Of a stretch of 64,000 bases of DNA, positions 1 to 9,563 are shown one piece after another (the stretch's first letter is position 1; each line of letters opens with the position of its first letter). The position numbers and the translations under genes were made by a program. Origin of the DNA: a virus (taxonomy: Duplodnaviria; Caudoviricetes); the IMG/VR virus record IMGVR_UViG_3300032093_000005. One strand, written 5' to 3'. A model generated the notes under the pieces. It saw only the letters and a list, made by a program, of their open reading frames with translations. It made no database searches and was not told the origin of the DNA.

Positions 1-187
1 TATATTTTAGAAACTTTATAAAACCTGGCGGAGTTTGTGTGGTGCCGTGAAACCCTCTTTCAGACCACTCTTCAAAAATTTCTATCCCACGAGCACCATA
101 CTCTGAATAGTTTATATTTTTTGGATCTTTACATCTGCGTATCATACCATTCCAAGTATGATATAGGGGGTGTTGTGATACTTTCAT
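1..187 (-). CDS. HNH-family homing endonuclease, N-terminal part (runs off window edge)
   Basis: Manual translation from ATG at 187: MKVSQHPLYHTWNGMIRRCKDPKNINYSEYGARGIEIFEEW...F, the LY-W--M--RC--P----Y--YG-RGI---EW pattern of phage HNH endonucleases. Confidence 0.75.
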   Translation of the reverse strand, partial: MKVSQHPLYHTWNGMIRRCKDPKNINYSEYGARGIEIFEEWSERGFHGTTQTPPGFIKFLKY

Positions 188-211
188 TGTAAGTCTTGGC
201 GTGACTGATAC

Positions 212-219
212 TATTTATA
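212..219 (-). promoter_or_regulatory. T4-type late promoter TATAAATA
   Basis: Exact consensus on minus strand 25 nt upstream of the HNH start codon. Confidence 0.7.
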
Positions 220-281
220 ATAACATATGTGTGGGTCTTACGCAACATAATTCCGCCAAGACTTATTGTTGCTGCCCACCA

Positions 282-605
282 TCAATCACGAGTGCGCCAA
301 TCAGTGTCATCTTCATCTCTCTTAAACCAATCGTGTAAGTCATCAGGAGAATCAAAACCACGACGACCAAATCTTTCGTGACCCAATCCACCAATATCTA
401 ATTGATTCATAAAGTCGTCTAAGTCACCTTCTACCATATCTGGATTCTCTGCTCTCCTTCTTGCCTGACGAAGGATTGTTGCAGCACTTCGGTTTGCTTT
501 GGCGAGTTTTTCACACCAAATCATTTCACTTAATTCAACTGACTCACCTTTTACAATCTTATCACAAATTGATTCAAGTCTGAGTCTGTATTGTGTGGAA
601 AGCAT
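282..605 (-). CDS. hypothetical protein (107 aa)
   Basis: ORF track; packed in a same-strand gene run. Confidence 0.8.
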   Translation of the reverse strand: MLSTQYRLRLESICDKIVKGESVELSEMIWCEKLAKANRSAATILRQARRRAENPDMVEGDLDDFMNQLDIGGLGHERFGRRGFDSPDDLHDWFKRDEDDTDWRTRD

Positions 606-625
606 ATTCTAACTCCAGATATGGG

Positions 626-859
626 TTATTTATTTTTGTATTCATCCATTAACTCTTTTGCGAGTTTCATAGACCGACGCCACATAAGATACTTCACAAT
701 CGGATTTGCAGGATTATGTAATATCCACCACTTTGTCTTTTCATATTGAACTCTTGCAAGTTGAGTGAGCATATAAAACCCTCTTGCGACTGATTGATCG
801 GTGATAATCAGATATGCGATGCAAAAGAATATGATAAAGTAAATGTATGAGGTACTCAT
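626..859 (-). CDS. hypothetical protein with N-terminal hydrophobic segment
   Basis: ORF track; ATGA overlap with upstream ORF. Confidence 0.75.
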   Translation of the reverse strand: MSTSYIYFIIFFCIAYLIITDQSVARGFYMLTQLARVQYEKTKWWILHNPANPIVKYLMWRRSMKLAKELMDEYKNK

Positions 860-1029
860 TGTCTTAGAGTTTTGAGATATTCTAACACATGCTCACGAAC
901 AATCATGAGTTCGTTGTAACATTCTTGATTATGAGCACAGTTTCTCAATTCATGATCTGGTTTCAGAACACTCTCTTCAAATAAAGTCAAACCACGATTC
1001 CATTTATCGGATTGAGATTCATTTTGCAT
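856..1029 (-). CDS. small hypothetical protein (57 aa), not in ORF track
   Basis: Manual translation MQNESQSDKWNRGLTLFEESVLKPDHELRNCAHNQECYNELMIVREHVLEYLKTLRQ; stop overlaps next ATG. Confidence 0.7.
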   Translation of the reverse strand: MQNESQSDKWNRGLTLFEESVLKPDHELRNCAHNQECYNELMIVREHVLEYLKTLRQ

Positions 1030-1189
1030 CTTTTTTAATCACCACAGGGCAGGATGGAATAGTTTCACGAATGAGATTGATAAGTTCTACTTTGATTTCA
1101 TTCGATAACATTTTATGTGTTCGAATTCGATTGATAACATCATGAGCTTGACCGCAGGTGATAATCGTAGTGAGAAACAGAGCAGTCAT
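1019..1189 (-). CDS. small hypothetical protein (56 aa), not in ORF track
   Basis: Manual translation MTALFLTTIITCGQAHDVINRIR...IPSCPVVIKKDAK; GGAGAG RBS-like sequence upstream. Confidence 0.65.
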   Translation of the reverse strand: MTALFLTTIITCGQAHDVINRIRTHKMLSNEIKVELINLIRETIPSCPVVIKKDAK

Positions 1190-1213
1190 AGCTCTCTCCT
1201 ATTCTCAAAATAT

Positions 1214-1420
1214 TTATTGACCAAATCCCTTGCTCTTAACCTTTTGTTTATCTTTTACGATGATAACATCTAAAAAATCGGGGATCTGGCAGTTCTGGAA
1301 CCAGAACCCCTGAGCATCCGTCCAATTGTCGAAAAATACCTTTTTGTCATTTTTCAGGACAACTTCATAGGTATGTCTATCATAAGGGACATCAGATGTG
1401 ACTTTAAATGTCTGAGTCAT
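1214..1420 (-). CDS. hypothetical protein ending in KGFG motif
   Basis: ORF track; ATGA-coupled to upstream gene. Confidence 0.75.
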   Translation of the reverse strand: MTQTFKVTSDVPYDRHTYEVVLKNDKKVFFDNWTDAQGFWFQNCQIPDFLDVIIVKDKQKVKSKGFGQ

Positions 1421-1638
1421 AGAAATTTGTCCAGTGATGAGACTGATTTGCCGTTCATTGCCTTCTGAATATAAGACTTGGCAGTCTTATAGGTGCTGGC
1501 AGTGTGAACTTGCTGCCCATTGTGAATGATAACAAACTTTTTACCATAAGGAACGGCAGCCCACATGCCATCCTTAGTCACATATCCGTTGGGGTCTCCT
1601 GGTTTAGGATTCAGAATACCTTCATTTTGTATATTCAT
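1417..1638 (-). CDS. hypothetical protein
   Basis: ORF track; tight packing. Confidence 0.75.
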   Translation of the reverse strand: MNIQNEGILNPKPGDPNGYVTKDGMWAAVPYGKKFVIIHNGQQVHTASTYKTAKSYIQKAMNGKSVSSLDKFL

Positions 1639-1639
1639 T

Positions 1640-2428
1640 TCAGTTAAAAAATTGATCTAAAGGATTAAAAGATCGGATTCGTTCCATTGCCATATTAACA
1701 TACTCCTCATGAATTTCAACTCCAAGATACTTCCGTTTCAAATCAATACATGAAATTGCAGTTGTCCCAGATCCCATAAAAGGATCAAGAACTAAATCAC
1801 CAATGTAACTGTAATACTTAATGATACGATCAGACAGTTCTTTTGGATAGGGCGCTAAATGATCTGAATGTGTTTCTGGATTGATCTTCCATACGTTAGA
1901 TCGTTCATAGTCTTCATTGACAAGTGATTGCTCTAATACATCACCATCATAAGATCGAACAACTTTATCAATTAAGAATGGTGCTGGTTTCTGAAATACA
2001 AAGATAGTCTCAGTTACAATGTTTGGTTTGTATGCAACTGGTTTGCGATGTTGAAAGAATCCACCATTACGATTAATTGATGCACCCTCAGGTTTTAACC
2101 AGATAATATCATCAATGTATTTCCATCCCATTTGTTCCATTAAAGTAAAAAAATGAAATGGAATTGCAAGACGTTTACTCTCATGTGCCCGTGATTGTCT
2201 TGCCTCAATCACTGGAGAAAGATTTACAACACACATTCTACCTGGTTGAGTGACTCTTAACACTTCAAGAAACACATTTCTCAAGAAGTCAAGATACTCT
2301 TGGTAAGTTGGCCAAGTTGAATATTCTCTGGCGTTATAATATGGAGGAGAGGTGCAAGTAAGATGCACACTCTCACTTTCTATTTCTTTTAAAAGTCGGG
2401 ATGAATCTCCCTGTAAGATCTGATCCAT
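1640..2428 (-). CDS. DNA methyltransferase, N4-C/N6-A family, beta class
   Basis: Catalytic motif IV TSPPY precedes SAM-binding motif I LDPFMGSGTT; H-APYP motif; SPPY suggests N4-methylcytosine. Confidence 0.92.
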   Translation of the reverse strand: MDQILQGDSSRLLKEIESESVHLTCTSPPYYNAREYSTWPTYQEYLDFLRNVFLEVLRVTQPGRMCVVNLSPVIEARQSRAHESKRLAIPFHFFTLMEQMGWKYIDDIIWLKPEGASINRNGGFFQHRKPVAYKPNIVTETIFVFQKPAPFLIDKVVRSYDGDVLEQSLVNEDYERSNVWKINPETHSDHLAPYPKELSDRIIKYYSYIGDLVLDPFMGSGTTAISCIDLKRKYLGVEIHEEYVNMAMERIRSFNPLDQFFN

Positions 2429-2853
2429 TGAATTTTTCTACTCGATGCTTTGTTACTATCACAATCACCGTTAATTAGTGATTTTCGACCATGACACAGT
2501 TTACAATAAGTTTTAACATTGTCTGGAATATTGTTATGATGATCGCCATCTAGATGGTCAAGATCCAAACTGTTTTCAAATCCAACCCATCCATCTTTAG
2601 GAACTGGACAAGTCCATCCAAGATGTCCATCATGATTTTCACAATATGATTTCTTATGAATTGTAACTCCAGGAATTACTTTACCATTCTTTCGAGCACT
2701 AGTGCAACGGGAACATTCGGATTTGAAAGACCAATACTTCCATTCTCGCACAAGAACTTTATTATTACAACCATCATTGACACATGTAGGAAGTTCATGC
2801 CCTTCGACAAAGAACTTCTCTTTCATTTGTTTGGAAAGACTCAACATAATCAA
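2389..2853 (-). CDS. HNH endonuclease with Cys-rich N-terminus
   Basis: LDLDHLDGDHHNNIPDNVKTYCKLCH HNH motif; several CxxC-like pairs; start codon uncertain. Confidence 0.8.
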   Translation of the reverse strand: MIMLSLSKQMKEKFFVEGHELPTCVNDGCNNKVLVREWKYWSFKSECSRCTSARKNGKVIPGVTIHKKSYCENHDGHLGWTCPVPKDGWVGFENSLDLDHLDGDHHNNIPDNVKTYCKLCHGRKSLINGDCDSNKASSRKIQWIRSYREIHPDF

Positions 2854-2990
2854 AATACAATGTTAGAGGACATTACACGGGCATTTGGATATTGTGCAAG
2901 AGCAACTTGTATTGCTTCTTGACGATTGCGGGCATAACACTCAACATAGAATGTTTGTCCACTAACCATGCAGGTGACACGATGCTTCAT
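2850..2990 (-). CDS. small hypothetical protein (46 aa)
   Basis: MKHRVTCMVSGQTFYVECYARNRQEAIQVALAQYPNARV; GAGGT RBS before ATG at 2990 (longer tracked ORF overlaps the helicase). Confidence 0.7.
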   Translation of the reverse strand: MKHRVTCMVSGQTFYVECYARNRQEAIQVALAQYPNARVMSSNIVF

Positions 2991-2997
2991 AATTACC

Positions 2998-4260
2998 TCA
3001 GCGTTTGATGGTGGAGATTGCAGGTTCGCCTTGAACAAAGATCGTCTCAGCGACACTCTGCAAACGTTTGGCAGTTGCGATGCCAACGTTACTATACACG
3101 GGAACATGAATGAACCCATAGGACTTGTGATAGTCCTTCAACTGTCCAGGCACCAAAGAACCCTCTGAGAGGCGCTTAGAATCGTCTGGATGGAGGCGAA
3201 TCACACGCCCAATGGTCTGTGCCATAGCAATGTAATCCATGTTCCTCATGAGGACGCAGGAGGTCAATCCAGGACAGTTGATACCCTCAGAAAGGATGCT
3301 GTAGTGAAGAATGATGAACTTCTTCTCAGGATCCTTACCCCATGCAGTCAGAGTGTCAAAAAACAGTTCACGGGAAACCTTTTTGTTGTTGATGAATGCA
3401 CCATACTTTGCAGTCACCCACAATACATCATAACCATGTGACTGAACTTCTGTCATAAAATCAGTCTCAGCAAGCATTCGAACCAACACTTTAGTATTGG
3501 GTGCTGCTACCAAAACCTTCTGCATATTGTCCTCATTGAGAATCTTATCCAGAAGAGTCATGCAATCACGCTCTGCTGCATCATCTTTGTCACGAATTGC
3601 ATTGATCTGACTCACACAAACCTGAGGAGGAACAATGAAACCACCTTCAACCAATTCAGGTGCAGCAACATTACAAATTACTTGACCATATACAGATCCA
3701 TCATTCATGCCAGGTTTGGAAATAGTAGCAGAATGCTTAGGAGTAGCAGTGAAGAAATAGCAGCGGTTAGCAGTAGCAGAGAAGTGTTTTGTAGCAGGGA
3801 AAAAATGACTCTTAACACTGTTGTGTGCTTCATCAAAGTAAATAGTGTCAATATGAATGTCTGCTTGCTGTAGACGCTGTAGAGAGTTGTAGGTAGTGAA
3901 GATCAGTTTGTGTTTGGGAGCATCAGGATTGAATGCACTAGTCACAATTTGATTCCAATACTGAATCTCAGAGGGTTTTGTAGTGCTAAAATGCCTTGTT
4001 TCCCCCGAATGGATATGAATAACAGATGCATTAGTAACATACTCCAAGAATTCAGCAGACAACTGTTCACTCAAAAGAATACGAGGAGCAACTACAACAA
4101 TAGTTTGAGGATCGCTATTGGAAAACTCTTTGATCGCATCAGCAATCATGGTCAGAGTCTTTCCAGCACCAGTCGGCATGATCAATTGACCAATACGATA
4201 CTTGAGCATTGCTTCAAGACCGCGTTGCTGGTGAGGACGGAGTTGAATCACAGGGATCAT
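2998..4260 (-). CDS. superfamily II (DEAH) helicase, ResIII-like domain
   Basis: LRPHQ Q-motif, MPTGAGKT Walker A, FDEAH, FTATP, LSEGIN, QTIGRVIR motif VI; start set at ATG 4260. Confidence 0.9.
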   Translation of the reverse strand: MIPVIQLRPHQQRGLEAMLKYRIGQLIMPTGAGKTLTMIADAIKEFSNSDPQTIVVVAPRILLSEQLSAEFLEYVTNASVIHIHSGETRHFSTTKPSEIQYWNQIVTSAFNPDAPKHKLIFTTYNSLQRLQQADIHIDTIYFDEAHNSVKSHFFPATKHFSATANRCYFFTATPKHSATISKPGMNDGSVYGQVICNVAAPELVEGGFIVPPQVCVSQINAIRDKDDAAERDCMTLLDKILNEDNMQKVLVAAPNTKVLVRMLAETDFMTEVQSHGYDVLWVTAKYGAFINNKKVSRELFFDTLTAWGKDPEKKFIILHYSILSEGINCPGLTSCVLMRNMDYIAMAQTIGRVIRLHPDDSKRLSEGSLVPGQLKDYHKSYGFIHVPVYSNVGIATAKRLQSVAETIFVQGEPAISTIKR

Positions 4261-4273
4261 TGCGTATGAGACT

Positions 4274-4317
4274 ATCATAGCAGAAAACCGTCCCTGATGC
4301 GACTCAGTGGACGGTTT
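4274..4317 (-). promoter_or_regulatory. extended -10 promoter (TGcTATGAT) with an upstream GC-rich inverted repeat
   Basis: TGCTATGAT at 4282-4274; AAACCGTCC-CTGA / TCAG-T-GGACGGTTT stem at 4285-4317. Confidence 0.5.
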
Positions 4318-4374
4318 CCTAAGTGTCCTATGAAGCTTTAGATTCTCATCTTCAACCGGGACAAAGGTAGTCTA

Positions 4375-4707
4375 CTAGGATTGTTGTTTTTTGTCAATAT
4401 CTTCAGCAATTTTTTGAAATTTTGAATCCCAAGTTTCTTTATCAGCATCCCATTTACTTAGTGGGCATGAGTCAAGGATAATTTTTGCCTTTGCAGGAAC
4501 ATAGCATCCACATTCTCTGCAACGATTTTCTAATTCATCATACTTATCACAACCTTTGCATGTTTCAATTCTTTGTTTATAAATTTCGTCAGAAACAAAG
4601 AGAATTGCATCACGATTTTGAGTTATGTATTGAACTAATTCCCAAGAAAAATTAGCAAGATTTTTGGTTTGTTCTATAAGAGAAGGATAATTTTTATCTT
4701 CAGACAT
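4375..4707 (-). CDS. Cys-rich small protein (DUF6171-like, putative metal binding)
   Basis: RIETCKGC...RCRECGCYVPAKAK....CPLSKW pattern. Confidence 0.7.
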   Translation of the reverse strand: MSEDKNYPSLIEQTKNLANFSWELVQYITQNRDAILFVSDEIYKQRIETCKGCDKYDELENRCRECGCYVPAKAKIILDSCPLSKWDADKETWDSKFQKIAEDIDKKQQS

Positions 4708-4733
4708 TGTTTTTATATTTCAACTAAAAATAT

Positions 4734-6275
4734 TTATTGTGGTTGATAAGATCCCTTTATAGTTGATGCATTTATTGATCCTGATATTGTATAATTTGAT
4801 CCAACAATTGCCGATCCACCATTTCCTGCACCTGTAGCTCCTGTGGTGCCAGATCCAGATGTTGCCCAATCTCCACCAGAACCACCGGATTCTCCATTTG
4901 ATCCACGAGTAGCACCACAAGTTGATGGGCTATACGACAAAGTATATTGATCAACAGAGGTTATATAAATTCTTGCATTTGTATCATCTCCACTATTGTC
5001 TCTCAACTTAACACCATTATCTCTAATTAGAACATTTCTTGGATTTCCAGAAATTTGCACCATATATGTCTTTGGAGATACATTAAAAGTATATCTTCTA
5101 ATTCCATTTTTAAAATTCCATGAGAATATTTCTGCATACGCTGCAGTATTACCATCACGAACTCTAATCGTATCGTAACATCTACCATTAGTATTTGGAT
5201 TATCATTTGTATCAATTTCCATAGTAATTCGGGCAGATCCACTCCCAGTTACATTTAAGAAAGCATCATCATTATTTTCTGTCCAGTAATATCCGATAGA
5301 TGATAAGGAATATCCAGCACCTGCAGGATCCGAACCAAGACCTCCAGGAGACCCTAATAAAGTTCCATCTTGATTATTATATCCTCTACCATATCCACCT
5401 GTTCCTCCATATCCACCTGCTCCAGCAGTGATTGTTGAATATTGAGTACATCGACGATACTGAGTATTTTTCACACATCGTTCACAACAACCCCAGCACC
5501 AATCGCAAGTAGATTGACAACAATTCCCACCCCAAGTTCCAGCATCATTATAACCACTACCGCAACCAGGAGCTCCGCCACATCCTTGAGTCGTATATTC
5601 ATTATAACAAGATCCTGCGCCTCCAGGAGCACCTTGAGATCCTCTCTCACCTCCACCGCCGCCACCATATACTTGTGCCGATGGTCTTAATAAAACATTA
5701 ACATTATTTCCACCGATGGGAGATAACGAAAAAGCGTTTCCACCATTCTCACCTCCAGGATCAGGTGCGCCATTACCAGTTCCACCTCCTCTTCCAGAAG
5801 CACCAAAAATTTGACCAAAAACATCAATTACCAAATTATGTGCAATTGTATTCAATATTGCAGATGGAGTAGAAGTATTTACAGATCCACAGATTCCATC
5901 AATAAACAAAAATTTTCTAATGTTCTTATTTAAATTATTATTCCAAGATTGATTTGAGATATCAAGATTAAGTTCAGTATCACTTTGAGTAAGATAATAA
6001 TATTTTACTGAATTTCTAAATTGTGATGTTTTCCAATTATTTGATGTTGAAATATTGGCATTTTCGGTAGAATCTGGAACAACTGGGTCTGTATTTGTTG
6101 TACTTATGATTCTTTTTAGTTCTGAAACACTAATTTGACCAGTATCACTATTAAATGTCTCAGTTGTAGAAGAGGTTTGTTTTCTCTGCTGAGCACGAAA
6201 ATTAGATCTTAAAGAACTAAAGGAAATAGCACCTGAAGAGTAATAAGGACCAGCTTTTGATACTGTTACTGCCAT
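4734..6275 (-). CDS. Gly-rich virion fibre/structural protein with Cys/Trp-rich insert
   Basis: GAISFSSLRSNF N-terminus, GGGGGG segments, internal CCQSTCDWCWGCCERC segment. Confidence 0.6.
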   Translation of the reverse strand: MAVTVSKAGPYYSSGAISFSSLRSNFRAQQRKQTSSTTETFNSDTGQISVSELKRIISTTNTDPVVPDSTENANISTSNNWKTSQFRNSVKYYYLTQSDTELNLDISNQSWNNNLNKNIRKFLFIDGICGSVNTSTPSAILNTIAHNLVIDVFGQIFGASGRGGGTGNGAPDPGGENGGNAFSLSPIGGNNVNVLLRPSAQVYGGGGGGERGSQGAPGGAGSCYNEYTTQGCGGAPGCGSGYNDAGTWGGNCCQSTCDWCWGCCERCVKNTQYRRCTQYSTITAGAGGYGGTGGYGRGYNNQDGTLLGSPGGLGSDPAGAGYSLSSIGYYWTENNDDAFLNVTGSGSARITMEIDTNDNPNTNGRCYDTIRVRDGNTAAYAEIFSWNFKNGIRRYTFNVSPKTYMVQISGNPRNVLIRDNGVKLRDNSGDDTNARIYITSVDQYTLSYSPSTCGATRGSNGESGGSGGDWATSGSGTTGATGAGNGGSAIVGSNYTISGSINASTIKGSYQPQ

Positions 6276-6292
6276 TACACTGAGTTTTTCCT

Positions 6293-7750
6293 TTATTTAT
6301 GAATGGCGTTTATAATTTCTTTATGTGATATTCTTTGATTTTCTAATTTTTTAATTTTCGTATATTCATAATGTTCTTTTGCAAATTCTAAAATCTGTTG
6401 TTTATTTCTTTTTGAATTTAAGAAATCTCGAATTGCATTTTTATCAAACATATTTAATCCGTTTGAAACTTGAATAAAATTATCAAGTGACCAAACAAAT
6501 TTGGTTGAATTATTGCCTAGATTTTTAGCATCTAAAAACTCGTACTTACATTTTTCCTCAAAATCTCTGACCCATTCAGTTTTATTTTCAGTCATGTATT
6601 TCCAAAAGTCAGAATCAAATCTATTTGTATTATAATGAAGACAAATAAAATCCACGATGACTTTATAAGCATTTAGGTTTATTTCATTAAATTTTTTTCT
6701 ATTATATTCCAAGAAGGTTAAATTTGAATTTAAAGAAATAAAATCTTTAATTTGATTTATGATAATGTGAATACCAGTAGACTCTAGCGGTTCTACAAAT
6801 CCACTTGAAAGACCAATTGCTAAACAATTTCCAACCCATGCTTGATCATAATATCCAGGTTTATAGTAAATAATTTTGTCTGTTTGCAATCTAACTCCAA
6901 ATTTTTCTAATAGCCAACAATTATATTTTGTTTTTGCTTCTTCATCTGAAGTAAATCTGGAAGAATAAAGATATCCAGTTCCATATCGATTTCCAATTGG
7001 TATCTGCCATATCCATCCATTATCTGTCGCTTCTGCTAACGTGTAAGATGGCACTTCTTCAAAATCATATGGAATTTGTTGTGGAATTGCTCTGTCAATT
7101 GGCAAATAATCTGTAATGTCATTCCACTTTACCTTTAAGTTTTTAATTAACATAGAGTTAAATCCAGAGGCATCAATATAAAAATCTGCTTTTACATTTC
7201 CACTATTTTTGAAATCTATACTTTCAATTTGATTATTTTCAATATTAATTTTTTCAGCAATATCATCAATAAAATCAATCTCGTTATTCATCTTTCCAAA
7301 AATATAATTTGAAAATTCTTGTGTATCAATGTGCAGCGCATGACTATAATCAAAAGTTTTTTTTGGTAATGTAGATGTTGCTTCATTATAAAGTAGACCA
7401 CCATTATAGCAATCGTTTAGAATAGAATAGATTGCACTTGATTGATCCGACTCCCCCCAAAAAGAAACTTCTTTAAATCCATGAAAATATTCTGTATTGG
7501 GAATCCAATTTTTAAAATTTATTCCTAATTTTACACTTACATTTAAGTCTCTAATTAAATCTTCAGTTTTTATTCCCAGAGAATTAAGGAATAAATGAAT
7601 AATTGGTGTAGTACTTTCACCAACACCTATATTTTTTCTTTTGGCATCAAAATATAGAGAAACTTGAACTTTATCTCCCCAATATTTTTTAATCATTGAT
7701 GCTGCAATCAATCCAGAGGTTCCTGCCCCCAAAACAATAAATTTTTTCAT
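6293..7750 (-). CDS. flavin-dependent halogenase (tryptophan halogenase family)
   Basis: VLGAGTSG FAD motif, GVGEST, IDASG, GWIWQIP (WxWxIP), GFVEPLESTG (FxxPxxSxG). Confidence 0.9.
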   Translation of the reverse strand: MKKFIVLGAGTSGLIAASMIKKYWGDKVQVSLYFDAKRKNIGVGESTTPIIHLFLNSLGIKTEDLIRDLNVSVKLGINFKNWIPNTEYFHGFKEVSFWGESDQSSAIYSILNDCYNGGLLYNEATSTLPKKTFDYSHALHIDTQEFSNYIFGKMNNEIDFIDDIAEKINIENNQIESIDFKNSGNVKADFYIDASGFNSMLIKNLKVKWNDITDYLPIDRAIPQQIPYDFEEVPSYTLAEATDNGWIWQIPIGNRYGTGYLYSSRFTSDEEAKTKYNCWLLEKFGVRLQTDKIIYYKPGYYDQAWVGNCLAIGLSSGFVEPLESTGIHIIINQIKDFISLNSNLTFLEYNRKKFNEINLNAYKVIVDFICLHYNTNRFDSDFWKYMTENKTEWVRDFEEKCKYEFLDAKNLGNNSTKFVWSLDNFIQVSNGLNMFDKNAIRDFLNSKRNKQQILEFAKEHYEYTKIKKLENQRISHKEIINAIHK

Positions 7751-7761
7751 AAAATTATAAA

Positions 7762-9546
7762 TTAATGGAAATCAGTCCACCCAACTCCAGTATATCCTTG
7801 AAATTTATTTGTATCCGTATTAAAAATAAATGCTCCAGCAACAGTTACTAAACCCACTCTTTGAGCAGTTGTTAGTCTTGGAGGTAACATATATGCTCTA
7901 GATCCAACGCCTTCACCGGGCAATAAACCTGGTGAAGATTTCCCAGCATCAGAAAAATCAACTGCAGAACGAACCGCTGTTGTTCCTACACCTACACCTC
8001 CAGATCCTCTTATATAAAGTACAGAATTATATAAGTTTGTTGTTGCATTATATTGGACAATTGATTTTCCTTCTATATACAATCCCTCACCATTAGTGGT
8101 TGTAGTTCCAATTCCAACGTTATCACTAATAGTTTGCCCAGAAACTTTTAAAGCGACGGTAGGAATTTGTGCTGTTCCAACTCCTACATTTCCAAAAAGG
8201 GCAGTTTTTTCTCTAACATCTAGATTAGCAATTGGGATGGTTGTTCCAATACCAACACTATTAACAACACTCAAATTACTTGATATACCAACATTAAAGA
8301 ATGTGGATATTCCAGATGTATTGCTAATATTTTTATTGTTAAGGATCGTTGGTAAATCAAACGTTCCGGCTGATATTGTACCAAGTATATTTACATTTCC
8401 ACTAAAAAATCCAGTTCCATTTGCATTAATTGTAACTCCAGTTCCAACTTGTAGATTTCCTTGTGGATCTGTATTCCCAATACCTAACCTTCCATCATAA
8501 GTTAGTGTCATTAATTCGACAAATGTTTGTCCATAGAACCAATTAAACCTACCAGTGCCAATTCCCATAGGACCAGCATGTAAGTACATACTGAAATCAC
8601 CAGTATCATTGTTTAAAATCTCAAGTGTCCTGTCTATATCACCAAATCTTAAAAGTGCTGTGCTTTTTCCTACTCCAACAGATTGACCAATACTAATTCT
8701 TGCATTTCCACTATTGGAAATAACTTCTAAGAGTGATCCAGATTCTTTTCTAATTTGCAATTCTGATGTTGGTAATGCTGTTCCAACACCAATTCTCCCA
8801 GAATTAAGAGCAGCAAATGCAGTTCCTCCAGTTCCAACATGAGATCTTGTAAATACTGTTGATACTCCAGTTGTTGAAAATCCACTATTAATTGAATTGA
8901 CTGTAATATCTGCTGTTGTTGTAATTGAAGATGCAGTTGATGCTATTCCAGTTAAATTTCCATAAAAACCCGTTGTTGCTGTTATAATTCCAACATTAAT
9001 ATTTGATGGTAATCTTGCATTATCAATTGTTCCAGTTAATTGTGGAGCATTAAGACCAGTAAGACCAATACCAGAACCAGTGAAACTTGCTGCAGTTATA
9101 ATTCCAGAATATGATGCATTTCCATTTGAATTAATTGTAACTCCAGTTCCAATTTGTAAATTTCCTCTTGGAATCGTAGTTCCTATACCAACGCTGAAGG
9201 ATGTAGAAATTGTAGAATTACTGCTGTTTACATACCATCCATCAACAGCAATTGCATAGATGTCAGTTAATCCAGATGCACTTCCTGAAAATAATTCTGC
9301 TGTAACAACACCAGAAACTGATACATTTTGTGTTACACTCAAAATTCCTACTGTTGTAACACCAGAAACATTTAGATCTTTTGTTACTGTAGCACCAGTA
9401 ACTCTAGTATCGCCATAAACATTTAACAAATATTCGGTAGGAACGGAAGTTCCAATTCCCACCAAACCATTTGCATTTACAACGAAATTATCATCATCAA
9501 CTTGAACACCATTTCTAAGGTTAAATGACTTTCTATAATTTGCCAT
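7762..9546 (-). CDS. tail fibre-like protein
   Basis: Repeated VGIGT/LQIGTG beta motifs; C-terminal GAFIFNTDTNKFQGY.G.GW. Confidence 0.75.
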   Translation of the reverse strand: MANYRKSFNLRNGVQVDDDNFVVNANGLVGIGTSVPTEYLLNVYGDTRVTGATVTKDLNVSGVTTVGILSVTQNVSVSGVVTAELFSGSASGLTDIYAIAVDGWYVNSSNSTISTSFSVGIGTTIPRGNLQIGTGVTINSNGNASYSGIITAASFTGSGIGLTGLNAPQLTGTIDNARLPSNINVGIITATTGFYGNLTGIASTASSITTTADITVNSINSGFSTTGVSTVFTRSHVGTGGTAFAALNSGRIGVGTALPTSELQIRKESGSLLEVISNSGNARISIGQSVGVGKSTALLRFGDIDRTLEILNNDTGDFSMYLHAGPMGIGTGRFNWFYGQTFVELMTLTYDGRLGIGNTDPQGNLQVGTGVTINANGTGFFSGNVNILGTISAGTFDLPTILNNKNISNTSGISTFFNVGISSNLSVVNSVGIGTTIPIANLDVREKTALFGNVGVGTAQIPTVALKVSGQTISDNVGIGTTTTNGEGLYIEGKSIVQYNATTNLYNSVLYIRGSGGVGVGTTAVRSAVDFSDAGKSSPGLLPGEGVGSRAYMLPPRLTTAQRVGLVTVAGAFIFNTDTNKFQGYTGVGWTDFH

Positions 9547-9563
9547 CTTATATGGTTTTTTAG

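Noticed and set aside
2656-4269. Several plus-strand ORFs over the HNH and helicase genes
   Set aside because: Antisense shadows without recognisable motifs; minus-strand genes are well supported
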